Origin: Mobula hypostoma
Taxonomy: Eukaryota
NCBI RefSeq assembly: GCF_963921235.1
Contig: NC_086108.1
Span: 2,418,001 to 2,482,000 of the forward strand
Direction of reading: 5' to 3'
DNA length: 64,000 nt
The notes below the pieces were generated by a model. That model worked only from the letters and a program-made list of their open reading frames with translations, was not told the origin of the DNA and ran no database searches. The translations under genes and the position numbers were made by a program. Below, piece by piece: positions 1 through 11,158 of the stretch; within the stretch, counting starts at the first letter, position 1, and every line of letters begins with the position of its first letter.

Positions 1-620
1 TGCAATAAATATATATAAAATAGTTAACTAAGCAGTGCAGATAAAAGTAGTAAGTTGGTGTTCATGGGTTCAAAGTCCCCATTCATAAATAGATGGCAGA
101 GGAGAAGGAGCTGTTCCTGATTCGTTGAGTGTGTCTCGTCAGGCTTCTGTATGTCCTTCCTGGTGGTAACAATGAGAAAGGGGTATGTCCTAGGTGCTGG
201 GAGTCCTTAATGATGGACGCTGCCTTTTTGAGGCATCACTCCTTGAAGATGTCCTGGATACTATCGAGACTAGGGCGCACGATGGAGTTGACTAAGTTTA
301 CAACTTGTTGCAACTTATTTTGATCCCATGCAGTGCCACCCCCAGACCCCCAATACCTGACAATGATGCAGCCTGTCAGAATGCTCTCCACAGTACATCT
401 GTAGAAATTTGCGAGTGCCTTTGGTGACATACCAATTCTCCTCAAACTCCTAATGAAATATAGCTGCTGTCATGCCTTCTTTGTAGCTGGGTCGATATGT
501 AAGACCCAGGTTAGATCCTCAGAGATCCTGACATCCAGGAACTTGAAATTGCTCACTCTCCCCATTTCTGATCCCTCTATGAGGACTGGTGTGTGTTCCC
601 TCTGGAATCCACAGTCACTT
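1..620 (-). mobile_element. Rex1/Babar-type LINE 3' fragment; representative of many copies, e.g. 1684-1980, 11640-12095, 16130-16620, 21894-22380, 30325-30960, 32360-33050, 45250-45870, 52815-53430, 57160-57650
   Basis: LANFYRCTVESILTGCI and HPGHALFSLLPSGRRYRSL-type motifs recur across these copies. Confidence 0.8.
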
Positions 621-2934
621 CTTTGGTCTCACTGATATTATGATTGACTCTTGCTTAACTCTTCAGTCCTGGGACAGTTAGGATGAATGATCAGCTTCAG
701 TGAGAATCTCCTCCACATTCAGGCCTGGAGGGTGTACTAAAACTGAGAGTGTAGGTTAAGTCAGAGATGAGAGATTTAGAAGGATCATTGGGGGGAAATT
801 CTTCACGCACGTTTGAAAGAGCTGCCAGAGATGGTGTTCGAGCATGCGCGTTAGCAGTATTTAAAAGTATATAGGAGAGTTTAGAGGGCATTGGGCAAGT
901 TGGACACAAGGGTCTGTCCATACTCTGTATCACTCCATGACAGTGCCATGGTCAGTAAGTGGAGCATACTGCTTTGTCTTCTTTCCTCCAATCAGATTGG
1001 CCTGTCTCTTTGCCGTTAGACACTTAAGCTCTAGGGTGTCTTGTGCAGTCTTTGTAGAATTCTGAGGTCATTCTGGATGGCGGGTGTTGGCATACTTGTG
1101 GCTACACATTCTTTCCTATGGACCAACCCCCTTTAATTTACCCCTGGAAGGCTGATCAGACACCCAAGCCAGCAGCAAGACTCTTTCAATTTAAAAATAC
1201 ATGCCACAGAATCTTGAAATACTCTGAAGGTCCCACTTTAAACTCTTGTTCTTTAACTTTTTTGCCTAAATGTGTTATGATTTTGCCTGTGTTGTCATGA
1301 ATTGGCTGAGCTGCCGTATTTTCCCTTCTCTTTTGCTCTGCATCTGCATGTTGGGATGGGTGAGAAAAACCAGTTATATATAAAAAAAAGATCTCGCCCA
1401 ATGCTGCCTGTGCTTCCAATGTGAACATTGTGAGCTTTGTGACATTGTAAAATCAAAATAGTGAAGGCCTGTCATGGAAAACAATTCTCCCTTTGCATTT
1501 TGCCATCCTACTATGTTTTAATCTTCTCCCCTTATCCTGCCCCCCCCCTCTCTCCCCAACTTAAAAACTGATGCAAAAGAATAGGCTAGAATGGGTAATT
1601 CAGCACCTGAAAACCTGTTCACCGAGGTCTCTGTCCTTGCTTGCTTTGTCCCCTGTCCTTTGATACTCTTGGTTTGAACTGTCAAAGTTCAAAGTAAATT
1701 TTGTTATCAAAGTACATGTATGTCAGCACATACAACCCTGGGATTCATTTTTGTGCGGGTGTACTCTCAATGATGGGAGAAGTGAATGTAGTTATCCCCC
1801 TTTCGTTCAAGAGCCTGATGGTTGAGGGGTAGTAACTGTTCTTGAACCTGGTGGTGTGAGTCCTGAGGCTCTTGTACCTTCTACCTGATGGCAGCAGTGA
1901 GAAAAGAGCATGGCCTGGGTGGTGGAGATCTCTGTTGGTGGATGCTGCTTTCCTACAACAGCATTTCATGTAGATGTGACATTACCTCTGGATCATTTTA
2001 TGTTTACTGAAGTATATTATAAACCACGGTACTTGTGTGGAAATATTTCCCAGCTCTTTTCCTTCTCGGTCTTGTTCTAATTTTTTGGCTGTGCTTCCCC
2101 CAAAGTGTCTTTTTAATGTTTTTACAAACTTTAATTAAAGCACTTTGGGTGGGGCCAGGTGAAAATGAAGTTAAGAATAATTTTTGAATGTATACTTGTG
2201 TTCTGACTTCAAAGTTAAAGAGAGTAAGCACAGGCATGGGCACTTTGGCCTACTGTATCATGGCAACCATCACAGCCCATCTCATTTATACAAATCCCAC
2301 AGGAACAGGTCCTTCAGCCCACAGAGTTGTGCCAAACCAATTAAATTAGCAATCAAATGGAAACTAAACTGATCTCTTCTACCTGCACAGTACCCATCCA
2401 TATCTTTCCATTTTCCTCATATTCCTTTCTCGTAAAATTCTAATGTTTCTGCCTCCACCACCATGCCAGGCACCCACAACTTTATGTAAAAAAAAACAAC
2501 TTGCCCCTCACGTTTCCTTTGGAAATTACCTCCCACCTTAAATGCATGCCTGAGGGTATTACACATTTCAACCCTTGGAAGAAGATATGGTCTGTCATCT
2601 CTTTCTATGTCTCACATAATCTTATAAGCCTCTATCAGATCTCCCCTCAGCCTCCGACACTCCAGAGAAAACAACCCAAGTTTGTCCAACCTCTCGTTGT
2701 AGCACGTCTTGTAATTCAGGCAGCATCCTGGTACACCTCTTCTGTACCTTCTCCAAAGCCTCGGCAGCCTTCCTCTAATGGGGCAAAGAGAACTATATTC
2801 AATACTACAGATACGGCCTAATTAGAGTTTTATAAAGCTGCAACATAACTTCCTGACTTTGAGGATCAATGCTTTGACAAATAAAGGCAAAAAGCAAAGT
2901 TAACAAACTTCACGACATATGCCAGTGATAGTAA

Positions 2935-3510
2935 ACCTGGTTGGGTTGAGTAGTTCTCCGATCTTGGCAATGCAATTGCAAAAGTTTCGTCACCATATGA
3001 GGAGACATCATCTGTGCATTGTTCACTTGTGGTGTGTCCTCTGAATGCTTGGCCTTTATATACTTATCAGTCAGTTGGTTGGTCATCATTACAGAAACTC
3101 AGTTGTGACGTAGGGAGGGGGTTTCGTTGCTGATTAGTTGCGTGGTGAACTCTGTACACCGCCTGAAATTTTGCCCGCATTGGCTTATAAATGGGATTGA
3201 GGTCTACATGTCTGTTTACAGAACTGTTAGTGGAAAACCGTGCTTCTAGGAATTCTCTTGCATGCTGTGTGTTTGCTTGTGCCATGACTTTCACTGATGC
3301 CCAGTTGAATTTGTGCCCTTCTCAATCTTCATGGGTAATTGAGTTCCGTAATGACAACCAATTGATAAGTATATACAGGTCCAACATTCAGAGAGCACAC
3401 TACAAGTGATCAGCTCACTGATGATGTTTCCTTGTATGGTGACAAAACTTTTGCAAATGGATTGCCAAGATCAGAGAATCACTCAACACAACCATCAACC
3501 ACCTGAGGTA
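2935..3510 (-). mobile_element. Second Penelope-like family: GIY-YIG C-terminus with inverted pLTR
   Basis: ORF 3067..3294 AREFLEARFSTNSSVNRHVDLNPIY. 2935-3100 (minus) and 3340-3510 (plus) are inverted copies, each with a decayed CTGATGA...GAAAC motif. Confidence 0.75.
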
Positions 3511-4614
3511 CACGTCTTCCAAATTATTTCCAGTATTATATCTGATTCTGATCAATAAAATCTTCATAAAGGTGTCTTTATCATTCTTGTTAGTGGTTTG
3601 CACTGTATATCAGATGCAAGAAATTTTTTTTAGAATGAATATAATAATGAACTTTCATTATTCCCATCACCATTACCAAACATGGCTTCATTACCACTTT
3701 AGCCTGTGTTAGGTAACTTGATGCTTTCTCCAGGTGTTGCTGGTGTGAGATAGTGTAGAATTAGTATAGCAGGGTATTTTTCAAAGAATAGTTACAGCAT
3801 AAAGATTTTTTGTGTTCAGTTCTGTGTTGTCAGTGCAAATGTTTCAAGAAAAATTTATATTCAGTCTTGCTTCACTTCGCTGAAATTATTAGCCGAATTT
3901 CTTGGCCTCGCTCTTCAACACTCATTGTAAATCACTTCTGAGTGGAGAAAGCAGATTTCTCTCTTTCTGCATCGAGCTTGCATAGCAGCGTGCAAGTGGG
4001 CATCTTCCTTCCATGCTGGCATGCAGTGCAGTTAACCCAGTCAGACCATCTGCTCTGTACAGATGTGCATTTTCTCAGCCAGTTGTGGTAGCTGAGTTAG
4101 ACCACCAATTTGGACTGTTACCCAGAACTTTCAGACTGACCAAGCCCTTTTTTTTTGTGTGTATCGACTTGCTTGCCAGCAGTAATGAAATAGTGTGGTA
4201 CAAGTGGCTTTTTTTTATAAAAAACACGAGATTCTGCAGATGCTGGAACTGCAGAACGACACAGACAAAATGCTGGAGGAATTCAGCAGGTCAGGAAGCA
4301 TCTGTGGAAATATATCTGTAACTCTGAAGCCTTCATGAATTTGTAACTTTTGTAAAATGTAATGTGACAGAATGGAACCTATGAGTTCCCAGAGTGCTGG
4401 TTTGCTGGAGGCTGATAGGAAGAATTTTGTGTTGTATGACAGGGGATGTGTGTGTTTTACGGCAGGGGGATGTTTTGACAATAGTGAAAAACAGGACACA
4501 GCTTTTAAAGCCAAATCGAAGAACAAATGATAGGAACTAGACACAGATGCAAGTAGTGGAGGAACGTTATGTAATGGATTGACCTAATTACTGTTCTCTG
4601 TAGAACATATACAT

Positions 4615-4824
4615 GAAGAAGAAAGCCCTTGACTCTGAGTGGAGTCATCGGGACGCCGTCAGACGGCGTTTTTTTAGCAGGCTTTCTTATTTTTACGAGG
4701 CCGAGTTGCTAGCTCGACGCTCAACCCAGCACAGATGGAAAGCGTACAAGGGAGCCGGCTGGATTTGAACTCGGGAGCCTTCGCTCCAAAGTCCGGCGCT
4801 GATGCCACTATGCCACCAACCGGC
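4615..4824 (-). mobile_element. Young tRNA-headed SINE with hairpin-rich tail ending (TTC)n
   Basis: Minus strand begins GCCGGTTGGTGGCATAGTGG (A box)...GAGTTCAAATCC (B box); CpG-rich. Flanks TAGAACATAT (4601) and TAAAACATAT (4825) look like a decayed TSD. Confidence 0.8.
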
Positions 4825-5374
4825 TAAAACATATGTAGAAATGGTTTCTACATATGGTTTATTTGAGCTATAAGATTGAAGCTATTCACCATCATAGCAT
4901 GTAGAGATAGCTTCCTTTGCAGGTAAATAATAAACACACTATAATTTGATCCACTCAGAATTTGATGTAGATTATTACTGTATGTTGGAAGACCTAGCTG
5001 AATGGTGCACAACACATCAATGAAAAGCAATAAACAGTCGATGTTTCAGGCTGAGACTCTTCATCATGTCCTGAAACTTCAACTGTTTATTCCTTTCCAT
5101 CGATGCTGTCTGACCATTCAGTGTTTTTTTTTCAGGTAAGAATGCCGAAATATTATTTTGAGCTTTTGATTTGTCCTCCTCTCTGGAGTTGTCAGCTGGA
5201 AATTGATTCTTATTAAACTATAACGCCAACGGTTGCAATGCAACACACCAAAGTTTAAAAAGAACAAGAAAAAGGCAAAGGGAAAATAATATTAAATTGC
5301 ATACATTACTAAATACCAGCTTGTGATTCGATTCGTTTCCTTTCAGTCATCTAGAGGAAAATAAAGAAATACTA

Positions 5375-5705
5375 TAGATGATTGAGTTCAAGAGCTGCAA
5401 GGTCATTGTACAGCTGTATAAAACCCTGGTTAGACCACACCTGAAATATTGTCTTCATTTGTGGTCGCCTCATTATAGGAAGAATGAGGAAACTTTACAG
5501 AGGGTGCAGAGCAGATTTATGAAGATGCTGCTTGGATTAGAGAACATGACTTATGAAGATGGATTGAGCGAGCTAGGGCTTTTTCCTTTGGAGAGAATGA
5601 GGATGAGAGGGAAAGATGGAAGTGTACAAGATTATAAGAGGCATAGATCGCGTGGATAGCCAGAGACTTGTACCTTGAGTGGAAACGGCTAATGGTCATA
5701 ATTTT
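5375..5705 (+). mobile_element. CR1 LINE fragment
   Basis: QLYKTLVRPHLKYCLHLWSPHYRK...RVQSRF. Confidence 0.85.
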
Positions 5706-5711
5706 AATGTA

Positions 5712-6240
5712 AACACAAAATTCTGCAGATGTTGGAAATCCAAAGCAATGCAGGCCAGGCAGCTGCGATGGAAATGAATAAATAGTTGACATTTTGGGTG
5801 GAGACCCTTCTTCAAGACTGGAAAGGAAGGGAGAAAGACACCAGAATGAAAAGGTTGAGGGAGGGGAGGGAGGCTAGCTGGAAGGTGATAGATGAAGCCA
5901 GGTTGGTGGGAAAGGTCAAGGGCTGGAGAGGAAGGAGACGGGTAGGAGAGGAGAGTGGACCATAGGAGAAAGGGAAGGAGGAGGTGACCTGGGGGAGGTG
6001 ATAGGCAGGTGTGAAGAAGTAAAAGACCAGAGTTGGAGAATGGAGGAAGAGGGGAGGGGAAGGGAAAAATATTGTGTACAAGAAGGAGAAATCGATATTT
6101 GTGCCATCAGTTTGGAGGCTACCCAGGTGGAATATAAGTTGTTGCTCCTCCACCCTGAAGGTGGCCTCCTGTTGGCATGAGGAGGCCATGGAGTAACATG
6201 TCGGAATGGTAATGGGTATTGGAATTAAAATTTTAATGTG
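5712..6240 (-). mobile_element. Penelope-like 3' fragment
   Basis: Minus ORF contains EATFRVEEQQLIFHLGSLQTDGTNIDFS followed by the pLTR. Confidence 0.8.
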
Positions 6241-6514
6241 ATTGGAGGATAGTATAGGGGGAATGTCAGAGATGATGTTTTTTTTAAACTGAGTGGTGGG
6301 TGCATGGAATGCCCTGCCAGGGGTGGTTAGAAGCAGATATATCTGATAGGCACATGGATGATAGAAAAATGGAAGACTATGTAAAAATGGAGGGAAGAGT
6401 TGACTGATTTTAGAGTAGGTTAAAAGATTGGCATAACGTGGGCCAAAAAGTTTGTACTGTATTGTACTGTTCTGTTCTAATTTATGGGGGGGACATGTAT
6501 ATTTAAAAACAGAC

Positions 6515-7430
6515 AAGCATACACAATGGCTTTCATAAATCAATGTATTGAGTACAGCAGATGGGATGTTATGTTGAAGTTATACAAGACGTTGCTGAGG
6601 CCTAATACCCCATACCCCTTGCCCATCCTCTGGGTCCCACCCCCCCCCCCCGTCTTTCTTCCCGGACCTCCTGTCCCATGATCCTCTCATATCCCTTTTG
6701 CCAATCAACTGTCCAGCTCTTGGCTCCATCCCTCCCCCTCCTGTCTTCTCCTATCATTTTGAATCTCCCCCTCCCCCTCCTACTTTCAGATCTCTTACTA
6801 GCTCTTCTTTCAGTTAGTCCTGACGAAGGGTCTCGGCCCGAAACATCGACTGTACCTCTTCCTAGAGATGCTGCCTGGCATGCTGCATTCACCAGCAACT
6901 TTGATGTGTTTTGCTTGGAGTATTGGGTGCAGTTTTAATCACCTACCTACAGGAAAGATGTAAATAAAGTTGAAATAGTACAGAGAAAATTTACAAGGAT
7001 GTTGCCAGGACTGAAGGAACTGAGTGCAAAGGAAAGATTTAGTAGATTAGGATTTTATTCCTCAGAGTGTAGAAGATTGAGGGGAGGTTTGACAGAGGTA
7101 TATAAAATTATGAGGGGTATAGATAGGGTCAGTGCAAGCAGGCTTTTTCCACTGAATTTGGGTGGGACTATGAATAGAGGTCACGGGTTAAGGCTGGAAG
7201 GTGAAGGGGAATATGAAGAGCACTTCTCTACTCACAGGGTGGTGCAAGTGTGTGCGAGCTCAATTTCGAAGTTTGAGAGAAGTTTGGGTAGGTATGTGGG
7301 TGGCAGGGGTACGGAGGGATGTGATCCCGGTGCATGTCAATAGGAGTAGGCAGTTTAAATGTTTTCAGCATGGTTCAGATGGGCCAAGAGACCTGTTTCT
7401 GTGCTGTACTTTCCTGTGGCTTTATCCAAT
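6515..7430 (+). mobile_element. CR1 LINE 3' fragment (interrupted)
   Basis: MLKLYKTLLRPN / LEYWVQF / RRLRGGLTEVYKIMRG / NRGHGLRL. Confidence 0.85.
6604..6912 (+). mobile_element. Penelope pLTR fragment with hammerhead motif (6811-6852), inserted in a CR1 LINE
   Basis: Near-identical to 8600-8853; CTGACGA...GAAACATC; the CR1 reading (LLRPN...LEYWVQF) resumes after it. Confidence 0.85.
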
Positions 7431-7477
7431 GTGTGAAAGAAGACACATTGTGCAAATAGAACAAAAATACCGAGAAC

Positions 7478-8853
7478 AACAACAACAGGAATTCTGCAGA
7501 TGCTGGAAATTCAAGCGACACACATCAAAGTTGCTGGTGAACGCAGCAGGCCAGGCAGCATCTCTAGGAAGAGGTACAGTTGACGTTTCAGGCCAAGACC
7601 CTTCGTCAGGATTAACTGAAGGAAGAGTGAGTAAGGGATTTGAAAGTTGGAGGGGGAGGGGGAGATCCAAAATGATAGGAGAAGACAGGAGGGGGAGGGA
7701 TGGAGCCAAGAGCTGGACAGGTGATTGGCAAAAGGGATATGAGAGGATCATGGGACAGGGGGATGTCCTCCTTTTTTAAAGAAAAGGGCTTCCCTTCCTC
7801 CACTATCAACTCTGCTCTTAAACGCACCTCCCCCATTTCACGTACATCTGCTCTCACTCCATCCTCCCGCCACCCCACTAGGAATAGGGTTCCCCTGGTC
7901 TTCACCTACCACCCCACCAGCCTCCGGGTCCAACATATTATTCTCCGTAACTTCTGCCACCTCCAACGGGATCCCACCACTAAGCACATCTTACCCTCCC
8001 CACCTCTCTCTGCTTTCCCCAAGGATCGCTCCCTACGCGACTCCCTTGTCCATTCGTCCCCCCCCATCCCTCCCCACTGATCTCCCTCCTGGCACTTATC
8101 CGTGTAAGCGGAACAAGTGCTACACATGCCCTTACACTTCCTCCCTTAACACCATTCAGGGCCCCAAACAGTCCTTCCAGGTGAGGCGACACTTCACCTG
8201 TGAGTCGACTGGGGTGATATACTGCTTCCGGTGCTCCCGATGCAGCCTTCTATACATTGGCGAGACCCGACGCAGACTGGGAGACCGCTTTGCTGAACAT
8301 CTACGCTCTGTGCGCCAGAGAAAGCAGGATCTCCCAGTGGCCACATATTTTAATTCCACATCCCATTCCCATTGTGACATGTCTATCCACGGCCTCCTCT
8401 ACTGTAAAGATGAAGCCACACTCAGGTTGGAGGAACAACACCTTATATTCCGTCTGGGTAGCCTCCAACCTGATGGCATGAACATGGACTTCTCTAACTT
8501 CCGCTAATGCCCCACCTCCCCCTCGTACCCCATCTGTTACTTACTTTTATACACACATTCTTTCTCTCACTCTCCTTTTTCTCCCTCTGTCCTTCTGAAT
8601 ATACCACTTGCCCATCCTCTGGGTTCCCCAGCCCCCCCCCTTGTCTTTCTCCCTGGGCCTCCTGTCCCATGATCCTCTCATATCCCTTTTGCCTATCACC
8701 TGTCCAGCTCTTGGCTCCATCCCTCCCCCTCCTGTCTTCTCCTATCATTTTAGATCCCCCCTCCCCCTCCAACTTTCAAATCTCTTACTCACTCTTCCTT
8801 CAGTTAGTCCTGACGAAGGGTCTTGGCCTGAAATGTCGACTGCACCTCTTCCT
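7478..8853 (+). mobile_element. Penelope-like element (GIY-YIG) 3' part with inverted pLTR at its left end
   Basis: ORF 8046..8507 has VIYCFRCSRCSLLYIGETRRRLGDRFAEH. 7478-7759 is a reverse-orientation pLTR. Perfect 15-bp TSD AAAAATACCGAGAAC at 7463-7477 and 8854-8868. Confidence 0.92.
7577..7618 (-). ncRNA. Minimal type I hammerhead ribozyme motif in Penelope pLTR
   Basis: Minus strand CAGTTAATC-CTGACGA-AGGGTCTTGGCCT-GAAACGTC-AACTG: CUGANGA and GAAA core, palindromic ACGT stem III, GUC cleavage triplet. Confidence 0.75.
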
Positions 8854-9295
8854 AAAAATACCGAGAACGTGAGTTGTATAAAACGAAAAGTATAAAGGAG
8901 TGACTCGGTGACAGGAGGTTTCAGTCTTTGGCACGCAGACTAAGACAGCAAAAGTTCTTCAGTGGTGAGCTACCACTGTGGAGATGAAATAACATCCCGT
9001 CGTTGGCACAGCAGGGAGGGACAAATGTGTGTCGGAATACACATTTCCTGGGGCAGGTGATTCGGGAGATGTATGTGCTCTGAAGGAGGTGGAGTAAGTG
9101 AATGGAGGTTAAAGGTGTGGGAGGGATGATTCCAAAGATGACACACTGTTTCCTGTTTCAGAAAAGTGATAGGAAAATAGGTATAATATCAAGTATTCTT
9201 CAAGGACAAAATGAACATTTGATAGCTCAGATGAGCCCCGTACCTATCAGCCCAAGCTGAATTTCGATTTTTTAAAAAAACTGGCAGTGGGTTTA

Positions 9296-9765
9296 TCTGT
9301 CACCTTGATGGACTTTTGTGCTCATCAATTCAGACGGCTTCCAGACCGTTCGGGCTGACCGGAAGTGCACTGAGAGCGGTAAGCGTAAAGGAGTTGGGTG
9401 CTTACTGTTCTGGTTAACAACGGATGGTGCAATCCGGGTCATATTACGATCGAGGAACGTGTTTGTAGACTGGATATTGAACTTTTTGCTGTTGGATCCC
9501 GGCCATATTCCACTGAGAGACAACACTGGGCGTCATGGGAGGTTGTTCCTGCCTGTGGCCATCGAACTTGCAGCTCCTCCCGTGGAGGGTCAGACACCCT
9601 GAGCCAATAGGCTGGTCCTGGACTTATTTTCATCTGGCATAGTTTGCATTTTGTTGTTTGATTGTTTGTGGTTTTTGTATTGCTATATTTATGCTCTATT
9701 TTTGGTTGGTGCGGCTGTAACGAAACCCAATTTCCCTTGGGATCAATAAAATATATCTATCTATC
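9296..9765 (+). mobile_element. Internally deleted Rex1/Babar element (APE fragment fused to the 3' end)
   Basis: DGFQTVRADR...VNNGWC...DIELFAVG joined to a 3' end similar to 18840-19040; ATCT-repeat tail. Confidence 0.75.
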
Positions 9766-9884
9766 AAATACTTGGTGCTGGCGAGGAAAAGATATGTCAT
9801 AGGTACCTATGTTCAGTGAGCCATTCAGTGAGGGCACCCGACACAGCTATTACCAGTGAAGAACAATGGACGTGGGCCCCTGCA

Positions 9885-10282
9885 GAACCTGATGGCATGA
9901 GCATTGATTTCTCGATCTTCCGGTAAATGTCCCTCCCCCTTCATTCCCCATTCCTGTTTTCCCACTCTCACCTTATCTCCTTACCTGCCCATCACCTCCC
10001 CCTGGTGCTCCCCCCCCCCCTTCCATGGTCTTCTGTCCTCTCTTATCTCCAGTTCCTTATCTCTTTCACCAATCAACCTCCCAGTCCTTTCCTTGACCCC
10101 CTCCCCCTCTCCCAGTTTCACCTATCACCTTGTACTTCTTCCACTTCCTTGCTCTGACTTCCCCTCTTCCTTTCCAGACCTGAAGAAGGGTCTTGGGCCA
10201 AAACGTTGACTGTTTATGTATTTCCATGGATGTTGCCTAACCTGCTGAGTCCCTGCAGTATTTTTGAACGTGTTGCTCTGGA
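9885..10282 (+). mobile_element. Penelope pLTR fragment
   Basis: ACCTGATGGCATGA start, pyrimidine-rich tract, decayed hammerhead CTGAAGAAGGGTCTTGGGCCAAAACGTTGAC. Confidence 0.75.
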
Positions 10283-10484
10283 TATGGAATGTTAAACATT
10301 ACTCACAGTAGGTTATTTTTCAACACTTCTGCAATGTTACAGTCTAGTACACATTCTTTTAACCGCTTCTGTTTGTCAGTGGCTCGTGAGTGGGTGACTT
10401 TCAGCTGATCCAACAGATGAAAAGTTGAGCAAATTGTTTTGATTTGCAGTTTGGAACTTTAAAAAAAGGTATTTCTATTATATT

Positions 10485-11158
10485 ACGTACTTACTTCCCA
10501 TTACCCCACTACTGTTTAAGGGCAACAGTGAAGGTCCTTCATCTCTGGCAATGTTCAGGGTTACAGATGTAGGAGGATTCTTCATTGTTGTTTCAGTAAC
10601 AATTTTGTTTTTGCCAGTCAAGATTGTTAGCCCTGAACCTCGAAGTGGTGGACCACTCTTAATCTGGCCTCTATTTATACAAGGTGACCCTACCAAGAAC
10701 CAAAGCATAAAGCCCTGACTCGAGCCAACATAGCTCTCCGGGTCATGAGGAACACAAGCCTCCGAACCCCCAGGCAAGGGTGTGCTCCTCTTGGAGGGCC
10801 CAGTTACACCCATGTGACTAATTAACCTACTGACACCAACTGACGAAATGCGAGAGGAAACCAGAGCATCCATCACGTGGCTTTATGCTTTGGCTCTTGG
10901 TAGGGTCACCCAAGGGTAGAAGCCAGATTAAATGTGGTCCACCAAGCCACCAGGATCAGGGGGTACAGCTCAAGGTTAGCATCCCTGTCTGGTCAAACAA
11001 AACTGTTACGGAAGCAGCAGTGAAGAATCCTACATTTGAGTGCAACAGAATTCCTGAGTCTCTACTTGGGGCTGAAAGGAGTGAAAACAGAGAGGAAGCT
11101 ACTGACATGATGAAGGAAGCCCTGAACACCACCAGAAGCGTAACAGGCAGTAAGTCAA
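10485..11158. mobile_element. Head-to-head pair of short RTE/Expander-derived non-autonomous elements (minus 10485-10798, plus about 10879-11158)
   Basis: Shared GGCTTTATGCTTTGG...GGTAGGGTCACC...CAGATTAA..GTGGTCCACC; (AAGT)n-like tail; further copies at about 43310-43720, 48440-48770 and 51140-51460. Confidence 0.7.

Noticed and set aside
3700..4200. Possible conserved non-coding element or non-coding exon in repeat-free sequence (similar stretch at about 33850-34500)
   Set aside because: Absence of recognisable repeats is not evidence of function; a cross-species alignment is needed.
4750..4824. tRNA gene
   Set aside because: The tRNA-like head continues into a SINE body and tail with TSD-like flanks; no complete cloverleaf or terminator.
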